A stretch of DNA of 64,000 nt, from IMG/VR virus record IMGVR_UViG_3300025671_000038. The stretch is one strand, 5' to 3'. How positions within the stretch are numbered: position 1 is the first letter of the stretch; the number at the start of each line of letters is the position of its first letter. The notes under the pieces were generated by a model. The model ran no database searches, had not been told where the DNA came from, and saw only the letters and a program-made list of their open reading frames with translations. Source of the stretch: a virus. This document shows, piece after piece, positions 28,263-37,395 of the stretch. The translations under genes were made by a program, and so were the position numbers.

Positions 28263-28910
28263 TCACTTTATCCACTTGCTATAATCCATGGTCTGGTTTT
28301 GTATATCACTATACCCAGATCTCTGCACTGCTACAGCCGGATAGAAGCAATAGAAATTGTGAATTTTCTGTAGATCCGTGTACGCAACATCGAGTGGTGA
28401 ATCAACTCTCCCTATCCTATCTAATACTTCCTGTATGAAATCCCCTTTGAATCCAACCGCGTGGGTAGAAAAGGTGTGATGAATCTTACATAACCCATCG
28501 GATACTTTCTCGGGAGGACTAACACCCTTGTGGGAGTTATGATTTCCCCCTAGATATAGGGAGTCCCAATTCTCAGGCAGTCCCTTGAGAATTCCCCCCG
28601 CTGATCTCATTCGTGGGGTAAAAACTACATCATCTTCCAAGATTAAAACAGAGCTAACCCGGTCGCTTAAACATTCTTCGAGGATCTTTATATTGGTCAT
28701 TACCAGACCCATGGCGGATCTGGGGAACTTCCTGGTCCCTTTGTATCTTTCAGGAAGATCCTTCCCATCTATCCCTGGATACCTTCTTATACCTTCAAAT
28801 CCCCATCGTTTGGTTTCATCCTGGAATAATTCAAGCCTATCACTTCTCCTGTCCAGATTTATGCAATAGATTCTATCGAAGATCCTGCCTATCGCCTCAG
28901 TCATAACCAA
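28263..28910 (-). CDS. glycosyltransferase family 25
   Basis: IYCINLDRRSDR, LILEDDV, PENWDSLYLG, FSTHAV. Confidence 0.88.
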   Translation of the reverse strand: MVMTEAIGRIFDRIYCINLDRRSDRLELFQDETKRWGFEGIRRYPGIDGKDLPERYKGTRKFPRSAMGLVMTNIKILEECLSDRVSSVLILEDDVVFTPRMRSAGGILKGLPENWDSLYLGGNHNSHKGVSPPEKVSDGLCKIHHTFSTHAVGFKGDFIQEVLDRIGRVDSPLDVAYTDLQKIHNFYCFYPAVAVQRSGYSDIQNQTMDYSKWIK

Positions 28911-29943
28911 ATTGTCCCTCTTCTATCCAATTTTCTATATTCTCGTTTATCTCGGTATAGATCAGATTATCATCCATATCGAATACCTCTATCTTAATGA
29001 GATCCTTCGGGAATCCGTGGAAAGACCATCCACCATCGTCTATCTTAAATATAGATTCAGTAACACTATCAGGTAGGTGTGCTAAAACCTTTCTCTCAAC
29101 TCTCTGCCCCGAGAAATTCATACCAAGGACAATAACCTCTTCATCCTCTCTTCCAACAAGCCTAAAGATTCTAATCGGACATCCAGAATACTTGGATTCG
29201 AAGTTCAGTGAAGAAATCATGGGGGGAGAATCAACACCATCAAAGTCGATCCGATACATGGAGGAATCCCTCTTGATTATTTCATCGTCGCTATTCTTTT
29301 CTAGGAAATAGTAAATAAACCTCTCAAAAATTAAAAACTCCAGAGAACCGAGATTGTCCACGAGTTGCTTTCTATAATCTTCTTCGTTTTGGACATCCGG
29401 TATTTTGGATAAAAAGTAGTCAATTTCACAGAAGAAGTAGGTACCCTCTATATCAGGAGAGTAACCCTGGTTATTGTTGTAATAGAAAAGCCCCTTTTTA
29501 CCCTTGCTCTCACAGAACGAGGGTATGTTTTTTATCCAGCCCAAACACTTATCACTAGGCTCCAAGTCATAAAGAACCTTTTGAAAATGGGTGTACCCCA
29601 GGGATTTAGCTAATTTTACTGAGTTGATCAGATTGATTAAAACCGCTAACCCGTGTCTTTGTCTGGAGTAATAGTGGTGATGTGATCTGTAATTGTTGCC
29701 AGTGTTTATCCAAAAGGTCCACCTCTGAGTGTAGTTGTAATCGTCCATTTGGAAAAGCTGGTTCCTCTTATCGTGATATAGATAATCAACCATTTCCTGT
29801 ATATCCTCCGGTACAACAGCACCGCTGGTAAGCATAATATCATGTCCCAAGGATCTGCACTTAGTAATACTATTTTTTACAGCATTCCTGGTTTTTTCGT
29901 TTTGCGCAAAACTGTCTATAATCGTTATGATCTTCATAGCCAT
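28897..29943 (-). CDS. hypothetical protein, glycosyltransferase-like; paralog of 39263..40429
   Basis: Shared N-terminal pattern (IIDS/IVGAH...LTS/STH...VDYLYHDKRN/CDYLIFDSNN) and beta-rich C-terminus. Confidence 0.55.
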   Translation of the reverse strand: MAMKIITIIDSFAQNEKTRNAVKNSITKCRSLGHDIMLTSGAVVPEDIQEMVDYLYHDKRNQLFQMDDYNYTQRWTFWINTGNNYRSHHHYYSRQRHGLAVLINLINSVKLAKSLGYTHFQKVLYDLEPSDKCLGWIKNIPSFCESKGKKGLFYYNNNQGYSPDIEGTYFFCEIDYFLSKIPDVQNEEDYRKQLVDNLGSLEFLIFERFIYYFLEKNSDDEIIKRDSSMYRIDFDGVDSPPMISSLNFESKYSGCPIRIFRLVGREDEEVIVLGMNFSGQRVERKVLAHLPDSVTESIFKIDDGGWSFHGFPKDLIKIEVFDMDDNLIYTEINENIENWIEEGQFGYD

Positions 29944-30575
29944 TGGTCAAATTGTTCTGGTTCTATAAGGTTTAGAATCTCAACCCGATTCTCATCGAAT
30001 TTTTTAAAGTCATAGAATGGATTTACCCAGTGTGGTAACCGGGGGAGAAGTTCCCCATGGAATCTCATAACCCCAACTCCAAAATCAGAGGAAACTGTGG
30101 CCATGCTAATGTCATACTCGGTTCTGATTCTTTGTATTGCTTTCCATACTGTGCCGTTCCACCATCCTCCAGCTGGGGTGTCGTGGTCATGATAATCCTC
30201 TCTCGCATGATTGTGGGTAGGAGGGTTACAATCATGAAAAACCATGTATCCGCCTTCAGAAAGATGGTTCCGGGCATTAACAAAGTCCCTATACACCTGA
30301 TCCGATATGTGAAGACCATCTATAAATATTAGGTCCCATTTATGATACGGCGGGAGGTCTAGATTCCCGTTATCCAACTCCCGAAAGAAATCATCTGATG
30401 TGTACGAATAAGTGGCTTGGTTGTCACCACCTGATTCGTAACCCGGATCTACGCTCCATTTGCTTTTGCAGTTGATTTTATGAAAGCATTCATATGGATT
30501 CCTTACACCTATCTCCAGATAAGTCCCGATATTCTTCTTTTCTACTATCCTGTTTATAACGTCATATCTTTCCAT
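29934..30575 (-). CDS. class I SAM-dependent methyltransferase (Methyltransf_24-like)
   Basis: YLEIGV, SVDP, DLIFIDGLH, GGYMVFHD. Confidence 0.85.
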   Translation of the reverse strand: MERYDVINRIVEKKNIGTYLEIGVRNPYECFHKINCKSKWSVDPGYESGGDNQATYSYTSDDFFRELDNGNLDLPPYHKWDLIFIDGLHISDQVYRDFVNARNHLSEGGYMVFHDCNPPTHNHAREDYHDHDTPAGGWWNGTVWKAIQRIRTEYDISMATVSSDFGVGVMRFHGELLPRLPHWVNPFYDFKKFDENRVEILNLIEPEQFDQWL

Positions 30576-30798
30576 AAAGTGGACACTAATTAATTTCTAA
30601 ATGTTCTAGAGATATATCCGCGGACTGTTTCGCCCGATGGAATATTAACCTAGTAAATATCCCGTACCTAGGGGTAGCTGGAATATATAAGATATCCTCT
30701 AGGTTAAAACGTTAACCAACCCACCGCTATTTATATGAATTTCGTCCGGATCGTTTAAATCCATATGTCTTCTAGTGTGTGGTTTTCAAAAAATACAC

Positions 30799-33690
30799 AT
30801 GGCAATGGTCAGAAATGTGCTTTTATTACTTTCGCTCGTACTGGCGGTTCCAAAAATGGTACTACCGCAGTGTGATGTTTTTATCGAGGTGGGATCGGTT
30901 GTAGTAACCGATAATGGTAGTGGGGTCAAATTTACATTCGACGTTACAAATAACTCCAGCACAGATTGGTACGGTGACGTTTTGAAAATGTATTGGAGTT
31001 TAAACTCGGGTGCTCCCATATGGAATATTGATTATTCCACCGGAACAAGCCAACCCCCGATTGCTCCTGGAGAAACTAGGACAATCAAAACACCCTGGTT
31101 CGATATTCCAAATTTACCCTCTTGGTTTCCTGCACAGGATCCATCAAGTGCTAATCCTTGGCTGGAATCTATGGAATGGCCCTACTATGGTCTTCCTTTC
31201 CCCTTCGAAGGATCATGGTCTCCGGTCAATCTAAGACTCGGTAGCTGCGGATTGGCTGATGGAGCATGGGTATATGACTCGGAGGGGGAACTTTATTATG
31301 GTCCAACCAATACGGATTGTCCTGACGTAAATAGTGATGCTCTTTGTGACTGTGATTTGGAATTTGCGGGGTTTGATCCCATAACCTTGGACATTGCAGT
31401 TGAGGTTGTAAGTCACTGGAACTGTGGCCAACCTCTGAATGGGCTGGGCAATATTAACTCGTCGAATAATGATGCAGTGGGACACGTTCACTTCGGTATA
31501 CACGTTCCCGGCATGGATTACCAGTGGGGATGTACTACCGGTTCATTTCACCCAGGTTGGACTTTTGCTGGATGGTCAGCTTTAAATAATCCAAACCAAT
31601 TCCTGTATTCCGGGGATATGCTAAGCGTAAATCTTCTCAATATAGGAGGTAACGGGGCTTGCTTCCAGGAGATACTACAGAACGATACCCTCGAAGCTTG
31701 TCCCGAGATTGTCATATGGCAAATCAACTACTCACAAACATTAATGGTTGATGATGGAGGATGGGCGGTTAATGAAAACTCTGGTGACAGCACACAAGAA
31801 TACCCGGATTTCCAAATCATGGATAATTCGATCATGATATGTGAAATACCAAGCGTAGAGGGATGTACAGATCCAGAAGCTTTGAACTACAACCCACAGG
31901 CAGATGTGGATGATGGCTCTTGCGAGTATGGTTATCCAAACGCTTATCCGGGATCCAGTAACCCCAATACGATTTGCAATGATGGAGTTACATCGAATGT
32001 GTATAACATTACTGTCTTTAATTCCGGAGATGATACTCTGTTTTATTACTGCGTAGAAATACCGGAATTTGACTTTGATGAATGCTTCGACGGTTATGAG
32101 GTATCTCAATATTGGATACCACCCAGCGAGGGTCAATTTGTTACACAGATTATCGTGCCTGAAGGCATCGAGGAATTTACCGTTAACATATATCTCTCAG
32201 AGGATGAATCAGAAGAAACCCTATCCAATAATACCATAACAGTACCAGTCGTATTCAATGGACCTGACCCATGTCCAATCCTAGGGTGTACAGATGAGGA
32301 GGCAATAAACTACAACCCAGACGCAAACGAGGATGACGGCACCTGTGAATACCTGGATTTAACCTTAGATTTAGGTAATGATATCATATGGACTCCACAA
32401 GGAACATGTGTTAATCCATTCTATAACCAATCTTTCCTCGTAAATAATACTGGGGAGGGAACTATAGATAACTTCAGTTTAGGAATTACAGTAATCACCT
32501 GGGACGGGGATATAGTTTATAGTGGGACTCAAGATTATAACATATCAATCAACCCTGGTGAGAGTTATACAATATCTGACTTCCCCGATATTTTTACTGG
32601 TGACTTGAACTACGTCAGTGCGACCCTTACTTGGATTAATGAGCTAGGTGAATTAGAAGAGGATATACAGACTTTTAATCTTATACTATACTGCTGGGGA
32701 TGCACTGATCCGGAAGCCAGTAATTACACGGAGAGCGAATATATTTTCGACGAGATACAAGACTACTGGTTAGCCACATTTCCCGGTATAGCTCCGCCTA
32801 CCCCAGAGCAGATCGAGTGTACATATGATATATTAGGATGTACCGATCCGGAGGCTGAAAACTACAACCCAGAAGCAAATATAGACGATGGGAGCTGTCA
32901 GATCGGTGGATGTACCATTGTCGAGGCATGCAACTACGATCCAGAAGCAACTTACAATAACGGTAGTTGCGATTTTGAAAGCTGCGTTGGGTGTACTGAT
33001 TCGGAAGCAATCAATTATGATCCAGGAGCTACAGAGGATGATGGAAGCTGCATCTACCCAATTTATGGATGCACTGATCCGGATGCATTTAACTACAATC
33101 CCTTAGCCAATACCGACGACGGGAGCTGTGTTGATGTGGTTGTCGGGTGTATGATTCCTGAGGCAATCAACTACGACCCATTAGCAAATATCCAATGTAC
33201 GCCTTTGGATGAGTGCTGCATATTTACGGAAGGATGCACCGATCCGGAGGCTAATAATTATGATGACGAAGCAATTATTGATGATGGTAGCTGTGAGTAT
33301 GATATTTACGGTTGTAATGACCAGAATGCTATCAACTATAACCCAGAGGCAAACATCGACGATGGATCTTGCGTATATGATCCTTGTTCAGGGCTGATCG
33401 GGGCTACTTACTATGCTCCAAACACATTCACCCCTAATAACGACGGGGTAAATGACGGATGGACAGTGGTCACAGATCCAGATTGCTGGCTAAGATGGGA
33501 AGTTTTGGTTTATAACAGATGGGGACAACTCATATGGGAATCTAACTTACCGGGGGAGGTCTGGCCGGGATCGGTTTTCGATGGAGGATATTATGTAGCT
33601 GATGGGGTATACTTCTACAAAATTACAGGAATTGGGTATGACCCAGCCAATACCTTCGAGCAAAGCGGACACATTACAGTATTTAGATAA
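30799..33690 (+). CDS. secreted Cys-rich repeat protein with gliding-motility-associated (T9SS type B) C-terminal domain
   Basis: Signal peptide ending VLP-Q; ten GCT/NY/DDGSC-type repeats; CTD YAPNTFTPNNDGVND...YNRWGQLIW...DGVYFY...GHITVFR; ORF track start 30775. Confidence 0.88.
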   Translation: MAMVRNVLLLLSLVLAVPKMVLPQCDVFIEVGSVVVTDNGSGVKFTFDVTNNSSTDWYGDVLKMYWSLNSGAPIWNIDYSTGTSQPPIAPGETRTIKTPWFDIPNLPSWFPAQDPSSANPWLESMEWPYYGLPFPFEGSWSPVNLRLGSCGLADGAWVYDSEGELYYGPTNTDCPDVNSDALCDCDLEFAGFDPITLDIAVEVVSHWNCGQPLNGLGNINSSNNDAVGHVHFGIHVPGMDYQWGCTTGSFHPGWTFAGWSALNNPNQFLYSGDMLSVNLLNIGGNGACFQEILQNDTLEACPEIVIWQINYSQTLMVDDGGWAVNENSGDSTQEYPDFQIMDNSIMICEIPSVEGCTDPEALNYNPQADVDDGSCEYGYPNAYPGSSNPNTICNDGVTSNVYNITVFNSGDDTLFYYCVEIPEFDFDECFDGYEVSQYWIPPSEGQFVTQIIVPEGIEEFTVNIYLSEDESEETLSNNTITVPVVFNGPDPCPILGCTDEEAINYNPDANEDDGTCEYLDLTLDLGNDIIWTPQGTCVNPFYNQSFLVNNTGEGTIDNFSLGITVITWDGDIVYSGTQDYNISINPGESYTISDFPDIFTGDLNYVSATLTWINELGELEEDIQTFNLILYCWGCTDPEASNYTESEYIFDEIQDYWLATFPGIAPPTPEQIECTYDILGCTDPEAENYNPEANIDDGSCQIGGCTIVEACNYDPEATYNNGSCDFESCVGCTDSEAINYDPGATEDDGSCIYPIYGCTDPDAFNYNPLANTDDGSCVDVVVGCMIPEAINYDPLANIQCTPLDECCIFTEGCTDPEANNYDDEAIIDDGSCEYDIYGCNDQNAINYNPEANIDDGSCVYDPCSGLIGATYYAPNTFTPNNDGVNDGWTVVTDPDCWLRWEVLVYNRWGQLIWESNLPGEVWPGSVFDGGYYVADGVYFYKITGIGYDPANTFEQSGHITVFR
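31855..33380 (+). repeat. dispersed coding repeats, consensus GCTDPEAxNYNPxAxxDDGSC
   Basis: About 10 degenerate copies read from the translation; 3 spaced widely, 7 clustered near 32820-33380. Confidence 0.85.
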
Positions 33691-33722
33691 GGCTATTCAA
33701 ATAAACATATAACATAGGCGAA

Positions 33723-35780
33723 ATGAAATCAGGTAAAATTTTATTAGCCGCATTACTTCTTATTCCAAATATATTTTTTTCACAGGAAGAATGCGGAACA
33801 GACGATCTAATACGTAGAAATCCATTTCTACAACAAATGCAAGAAGAGCGGGTTAGCTGTGCACCAGAAGTCAATTTAGATACTGCACAGGTTCTCGTAC
33901 TACCAATAGTATTCCACGTGATTCATCTCGGGGAAGCTATTGGGGAGGGTACAAACATATCAGATGAACAGATAATTAGCAGTGTAGAAAATTTGAATCA
34001 CAGGTTCAGAGGGGATGTGGAATCTCTATCCTCTTTAACCGATGAATATGACGAAGGAGAGCTATCTCTGGTTATTGATTCAAAGATCGAATTCTGTTTA
34101 GCTGTAAGAGATCCAGAGGGCAACCCAACGAATGGTATTAATAGGATTAATGGTAGTGGAATTGCACACAACGGGGAATCTTATGTAGAAGATGGAATCG
34201 CTATGGATGCTACGCAAAGTGGCGTTGTCGGGAGCTACCTAAAATCCGAAGTGGGGTGTTGGGACGTAGACAAGTACATAAATTTCTACGTCGTATCGGA
34301 GATAAACGGTAATAACGGTGGGAACGGTATTCAGGGATATGCTTATCTGGGTCCCACTAATAATTGTTTAGATGGTATTGTCTGCCTGTATAATGTGGTA
34401 GGTACAGAGGGAAATTTAAAACCCACACATAATCTGAATGCCACGGTAACACACGAGATGGGTCACCATTTATCATTATTACACACCTTCTGGTTATCCA
34501 ACGATTGTACACCAGAGACGAATCCATGTAGCCAGGGAGATCAATGTCCAGACACTCCAAAAACAACTTCCAATAACAGCTGCAACTCTCCAGATTGTCC
34601 CGAAGCTATGGTGGAAAATTACATGGATTATACTCCCCAATCGTGTAGGATAGCTTTCTCGCAAAACCAAATAGAGAGAATGAGGAATTCTATCTGGACC
34701 GAGAGGAGCCAGTACGTTTACGAAAATCTATCTTGCCAACCCTTGAATGGTTTTGACCTAGCAATCACCTCAGTTACCTTACCCTCGTCTTGGTGCAGAG
34801 AAGAGATAAGTTTTAATGTGAAGATAAACAATTTCGGGGGTAACACAGTTGCTGGTGCTCAGATACAAATAAATGGAGCAACTTATCCATTACCCCCGAT
34901 ACCAGGTAGTGATTTTATTAACCTGGGATTTACCGATTTTAACATCGGAGATGGAATTTTTGATATCGGGATAATTTATGACGAAGATCAATATCCTGAC
35001 AATAACTCATATTATCACGAGGTTGAAATTTCCGACCAACTATGGACCGAGGTTACTATTAACACTGATGTTTGGGCCACTGAAATAGACTGGGAAATAT
35101 TGGATGAATACGGAGAGGTCATTTTGTCAGGTGGTAACTATCCATTCGGACAAAATACCTACACATCGAGCTCTTGTTTACCTGGGGGGTGTTACACTTT
35201 TAGGATAACTGATTCAGCAGGCGATGGGATGTGCACCTTTGATACCAACAACGACGGAGTATGCGACCTAGGGGGTAGCTTCAGTGTAATTTCAAATGAC
35301 ATATTGGTATTGGAGCTATCAGATCCCTCAGAGATAGATTACGGATATGAAGGATTATTCGATTTTTGCATATTCAATTGTCCCCCGTCCGACTGCGAAG
35401 GGGACTTCAACGGAGATGGGCTGGTCACCATTAGGGATCTAATAGAGCTACTAGCAATCCCATCAGGTGAACTGACCGAATGTAGTCAATATGACCTAAA
35501 CAATGATTTGGTCATTGGGTCCACCGACGTTTTAGAATTTCTGAACATAATGGGATACAACTGCCAAACAGGGGAATACTACGAATTAGGAATGCCCCCG
35601 GCAGAATTATTAAGAAGTTTCGCTGATGCAGGTAAGGATGTTGTTAGCATAAAGTATTACACTCTGAGAGGAGAGCAGGTCGTATTGAACACTCATCTAA
35701 GCAAAGGTGTATATCTGAAAGAAACACTATATTCAGACGGGACAAAAGAGATTATTAAAATCTTCGTGTCAGGAATATAA
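33723..35780 (+). CDS. M43 (pappalysin/ulilysin-like) zinc metalloprotease with dockerin-like EF-hand pair and T9SS type A-like CTD
   Basis: Signal peptide ending FFS-Q; ECGTD Cys switch; HEMGHHLSLLH; ENYMDY Met-turn; GDFNGDGLV/YDLNNDLVI; C-terminal YYTLRGEQV...KGVYL...KIFV. Confidence 0.87.
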   Translation: MKSGKILLAALLLIPNIFFSQEECGTDDLIRRNPFLQQMQEERVSCAPEVNLDTAQVLVLPIVFHVIHLGEAIGEGTNISDEQIISSVENLNHRFRGDVESLSSLTDEYDEGELSLVIDSKIEFCLAVRDPEGNPTNGINRINGSGIAHNGESYVEDGIAMDATQSGVVGSYLKSEVGCWDVDKYINFYVVSEINGNNGGNGIQGYAYLGPTNNCLDGIVCLYNVVGTEGNLKPTHNLNATVTHEMGHHLSLLHTFWLSNDCTPETNPCSQGDQCPDTPKTTSNNSCNSPDCPEAMVENYMDYTPQSCRIAFSQNQIERMRNSIWTERSQYVYENLSCQPLNGFDLAITSVTLPSSWCREEISFNVKINNFGGNTVAGAQIQINGATYPLPPIPGSDFINLGFTDFNIGDGIFDIGIIYDEDQYPDNNSYYHEVEISDQLWTEVTINTDVWATEIDWEILDEYGEVILSGGNYPFGQNTYTSSSCLPGGCYTFRITDSAGDGMCTFDTNNDGVCDLGGSFSVISNDILVLELSDPSEIDYGYEGLFDFCIFNCPPSDCEGDFNGDGLVTIRDLIELLAIPSGELTECSQYDLNNDLVIGSTDVLEFLNIMGYNCQTGEYYELGMPPAELLRSFADAGKDVVSIKYYTLRGEQVVLNTHLSKGVYLKETLYSDGTKEIIKIFVSGI

Positions 35781-35816
35781 GGCACAGGCAAAAACGAATC
35801 CTATCAGTAATTTCGG

Positions 35817-35902
35817 TACTCGAAGCGGGACTCGAACCCGCACGGACCATTCGGTCCATTTGATTTTAAGTCAAACATGTCTACCGATTCCATCATTCGA
35901 GC
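35817..35902 (-). tRNA. tRNA-Leu(UAA)
   Basis: GCTCGAA/TTCGAGT acceptor, loop CTTAAAA, long variable arm. Confidence 0.92.
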
Positions 35903-35965
35903 ATATTTCCCAATATAAGGTCAATCTTCATATTCACCGTTCCACATGGTCTTTTTTATACTTGT

Positions 35966-36241
35966 TTAATAGTCATATTCGTCATAGACATCCCCATAGT
36001 CATCGTCGGGAGTAAGATCTGGATTGTCATTGAGGCTGATCGTATTAGAAGATGGGTTTTTTAGAATCTCTTTGGATCTAGATTCTAGCCATTGATAAGG
36101 GTTACTTTTGAAATCCTTCCAGTTATCGAAATCCTGTAAGTCTTCCATTATTTCCAGGGGTAGTAGTATGAATCCCTCTGGAGCTATTCCTTGGTATTTA
36201 TAATAGCATGAGTACTCAATTCTATCTTTGATGTTGGACAA
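35966..36241 (-). CDS. hypothetical protein within tRNA cluster
   Basis: 91-aa ORF with TTG start, acidic C-terminus. Confidence 0.55.
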   Translation of the reverse strand: MSNIKDRIEYSCYYKYQGIAPEGFILLPLEIMEDLQDFDNWKDFKSNPYQWLESRSKEILKNPSSNTISLNDNPDLTPDDDYGDVYDEYDY

Positions 36242-36264
36242 TTTTTCTAAACGTTTCTTTGTTT

Positions 36265-36343
36265 TGGAGTCGAAGGCAGGAATCGAACCTATCGCGTCAC
36301 AACCAGTTTTAGCTGGTCTGCTCTACCACTGAGCTACTTCGAC
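36265..36343 (-). tRNA. atypical tRNA-like gene with 6-nt anticodon loop (CTAAAA), encoded CCA
   Basis: GTCGAAG/CTTCGAC acceptor, canonical D arm, GACCAG/CTGGTT stem closing CTAAAA, T loop TTCGATT with A-C mismatch in the stem, ends T-CCA. Confidence 0.75.
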
Positions 36344-36375
36344 TTAACTACCGTTTCCGGGTTTTACTAATCTAT

Positions 36376-36702
36376 TTATTTACGCTCTGAAATAGCTTTT
36401 AATTCGCTATTTATATCGGCGATGTGCTTAGAAATGCCATCCGCCATTTTGTCTGTACGAGAATCAACATACTTGTAAAGTTCATTGAGATTATCCTCGT
36501 GATTTTTATACAGCTGATCTGTATAATCAATATGCTCGAAGTGTTGTTTACCTCGGGCTTCGTCCACATTTTCAATATTTTTTGAAAGAATGGACATTTG
36601 TTCTTTGAGTTGTTTTACACTCAGGTAATTCACAAACGTACCCACAACCATCATTAATAAGATGACTGCACATACACCTGCAAGAAAGTAGAATGTTTCC
36701 AT
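36376..36702 (-). CDS. hypothetical protein, N-terminal TM plus coiled coil
   Basis: Start moved to METFYF (36702) because the track's longer start lies inside tRNA-Gly. Confidence 0.7.
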   Translation of the reverse strand: METFYFLAGVCAVILLMMVVGTFVNYLSVKQLKEQMSILSKNIENVDEARGKQHFEHIDYTDQLYKNHEDNLNELYKYVDSRTDKMADGISKHIADINSELKAISERK

Positions 36703-36737
36703 AGTTGTTATTTTTTTAGAATGGAAACGGTAGTTAG

Positions 36738-36810
36738 AGCGGGTGACCGGATTCGAACCGGCTGCCCCCAGCTTGGAAGGCTGGTGCTCGACCACATGAG
36801 CTTCACCCGC
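36738..36810 (-). tRNA. tRNA-Gly(UCC)
   Basis: GCGGGTG/CACCCGC acceptor, loop CTTCCAA, U73. Confidence 0.92.
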
Positions 36811-36998
36811 TTAGAGTAGGAAAGAGTTAACCTACACTTCCAACCTAATTGCCGCGGAACAATTGTTGGTCTTTTTTTTATTGAGAGGTTTCGGGTCTTT
36901 CGGGGTTTCTGGTTAATGACTTGCTTACGCTCGGACTAATACAAACCCTTTTTCGTCCTTTTAACACCACCATTAACTACAGCTTCACTACCTCTTTG

Positions 36999-37072
36999 CT
37001 CCCCCACCTGGGCTCGAACCAGGGACCTATTGATTAACAGTCAACCGCTCTAACCAACTGAGCTATGGAGGA
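36999..37072 (-). tRNA. tRNA-Asn(GUU)
   Basis: TCCTCCA/TGGGGGA acceptor, loop CTGTTAA, G73. Confidence 0.93.
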
Positions 37073-37115
37073 ATTGAAAAGGTCCGGGCCCAATGGTACC
37101 TTTTGAAGACCTTAG

Positions 37116-37188
37116 TTGCGGGAGAGGGAATCGAACCCCCGACCTCCAGGTTATGAGCCTGGCGAGCTACCGCTGCTGCTATCCCGCG
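37116..37188 (-). tRNA. initiator tRNA-fMet(CAU)
   Basis: C1:A72 mismatch, loop CTCATAA. Confidence 0.88.
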
Positions 37189-37304
37189 ATATGATGAAAG
37201 GAAGGAAGATCTGGCGAGTACTTGTATTTGCCCGTTCCACACCGGTACCAAGCCTCCCGTCTTTTTCCAAATCCGTGCCACTGTGAATTAGCATCCTTCC
37301 TTAG

Positions 37305-37378
37305 TGCTCCCTGTAGGGATCGAACCTACGACCTACTGATTATGAGTCAGTTGCTCTAACCGCCTGAGCTAAGAGAGC
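37305..37378 (-). tRNA. tRNA-Ile2(CAU) (elongator Met not excluded)
   Basis: GCTCTCT/AGGGAGC acceptor, GACTCATAATC context and overall resemblance to bacterial lysidine-type Ile2. Confidence 0.8.
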
Positions 37379-37395
37379 GGGATTGTTTCCTAGGG

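Noticed and set aside
31855-33380. Repeat-spacer-like pattern resembling a CRISPR array
   Set aside because: Repeats are degenerate at the DNA level, conserved at the protein level, in frame in one ORF; no cas genes.
35781-35816. att site or integrase-mediated island for the T9SS cassette at the tRNA-Leu 3' end
   Set aside because: No duplicated tRNA 3' fragment was found at the left boundary (~30580-30790) and no integrase is in the window.
36265-36343. Amber suppressor or tRNA-Pyl reading of the CTA in the odd loop, implying stop-codon recoding
   Set aside because: CTA is not at positions 34-36 (no U33 before it). TAG ends full-length genes such as dnaJ (55144) and the RimK fusion (47040), and conserved genes are uninterrupted in code 11.
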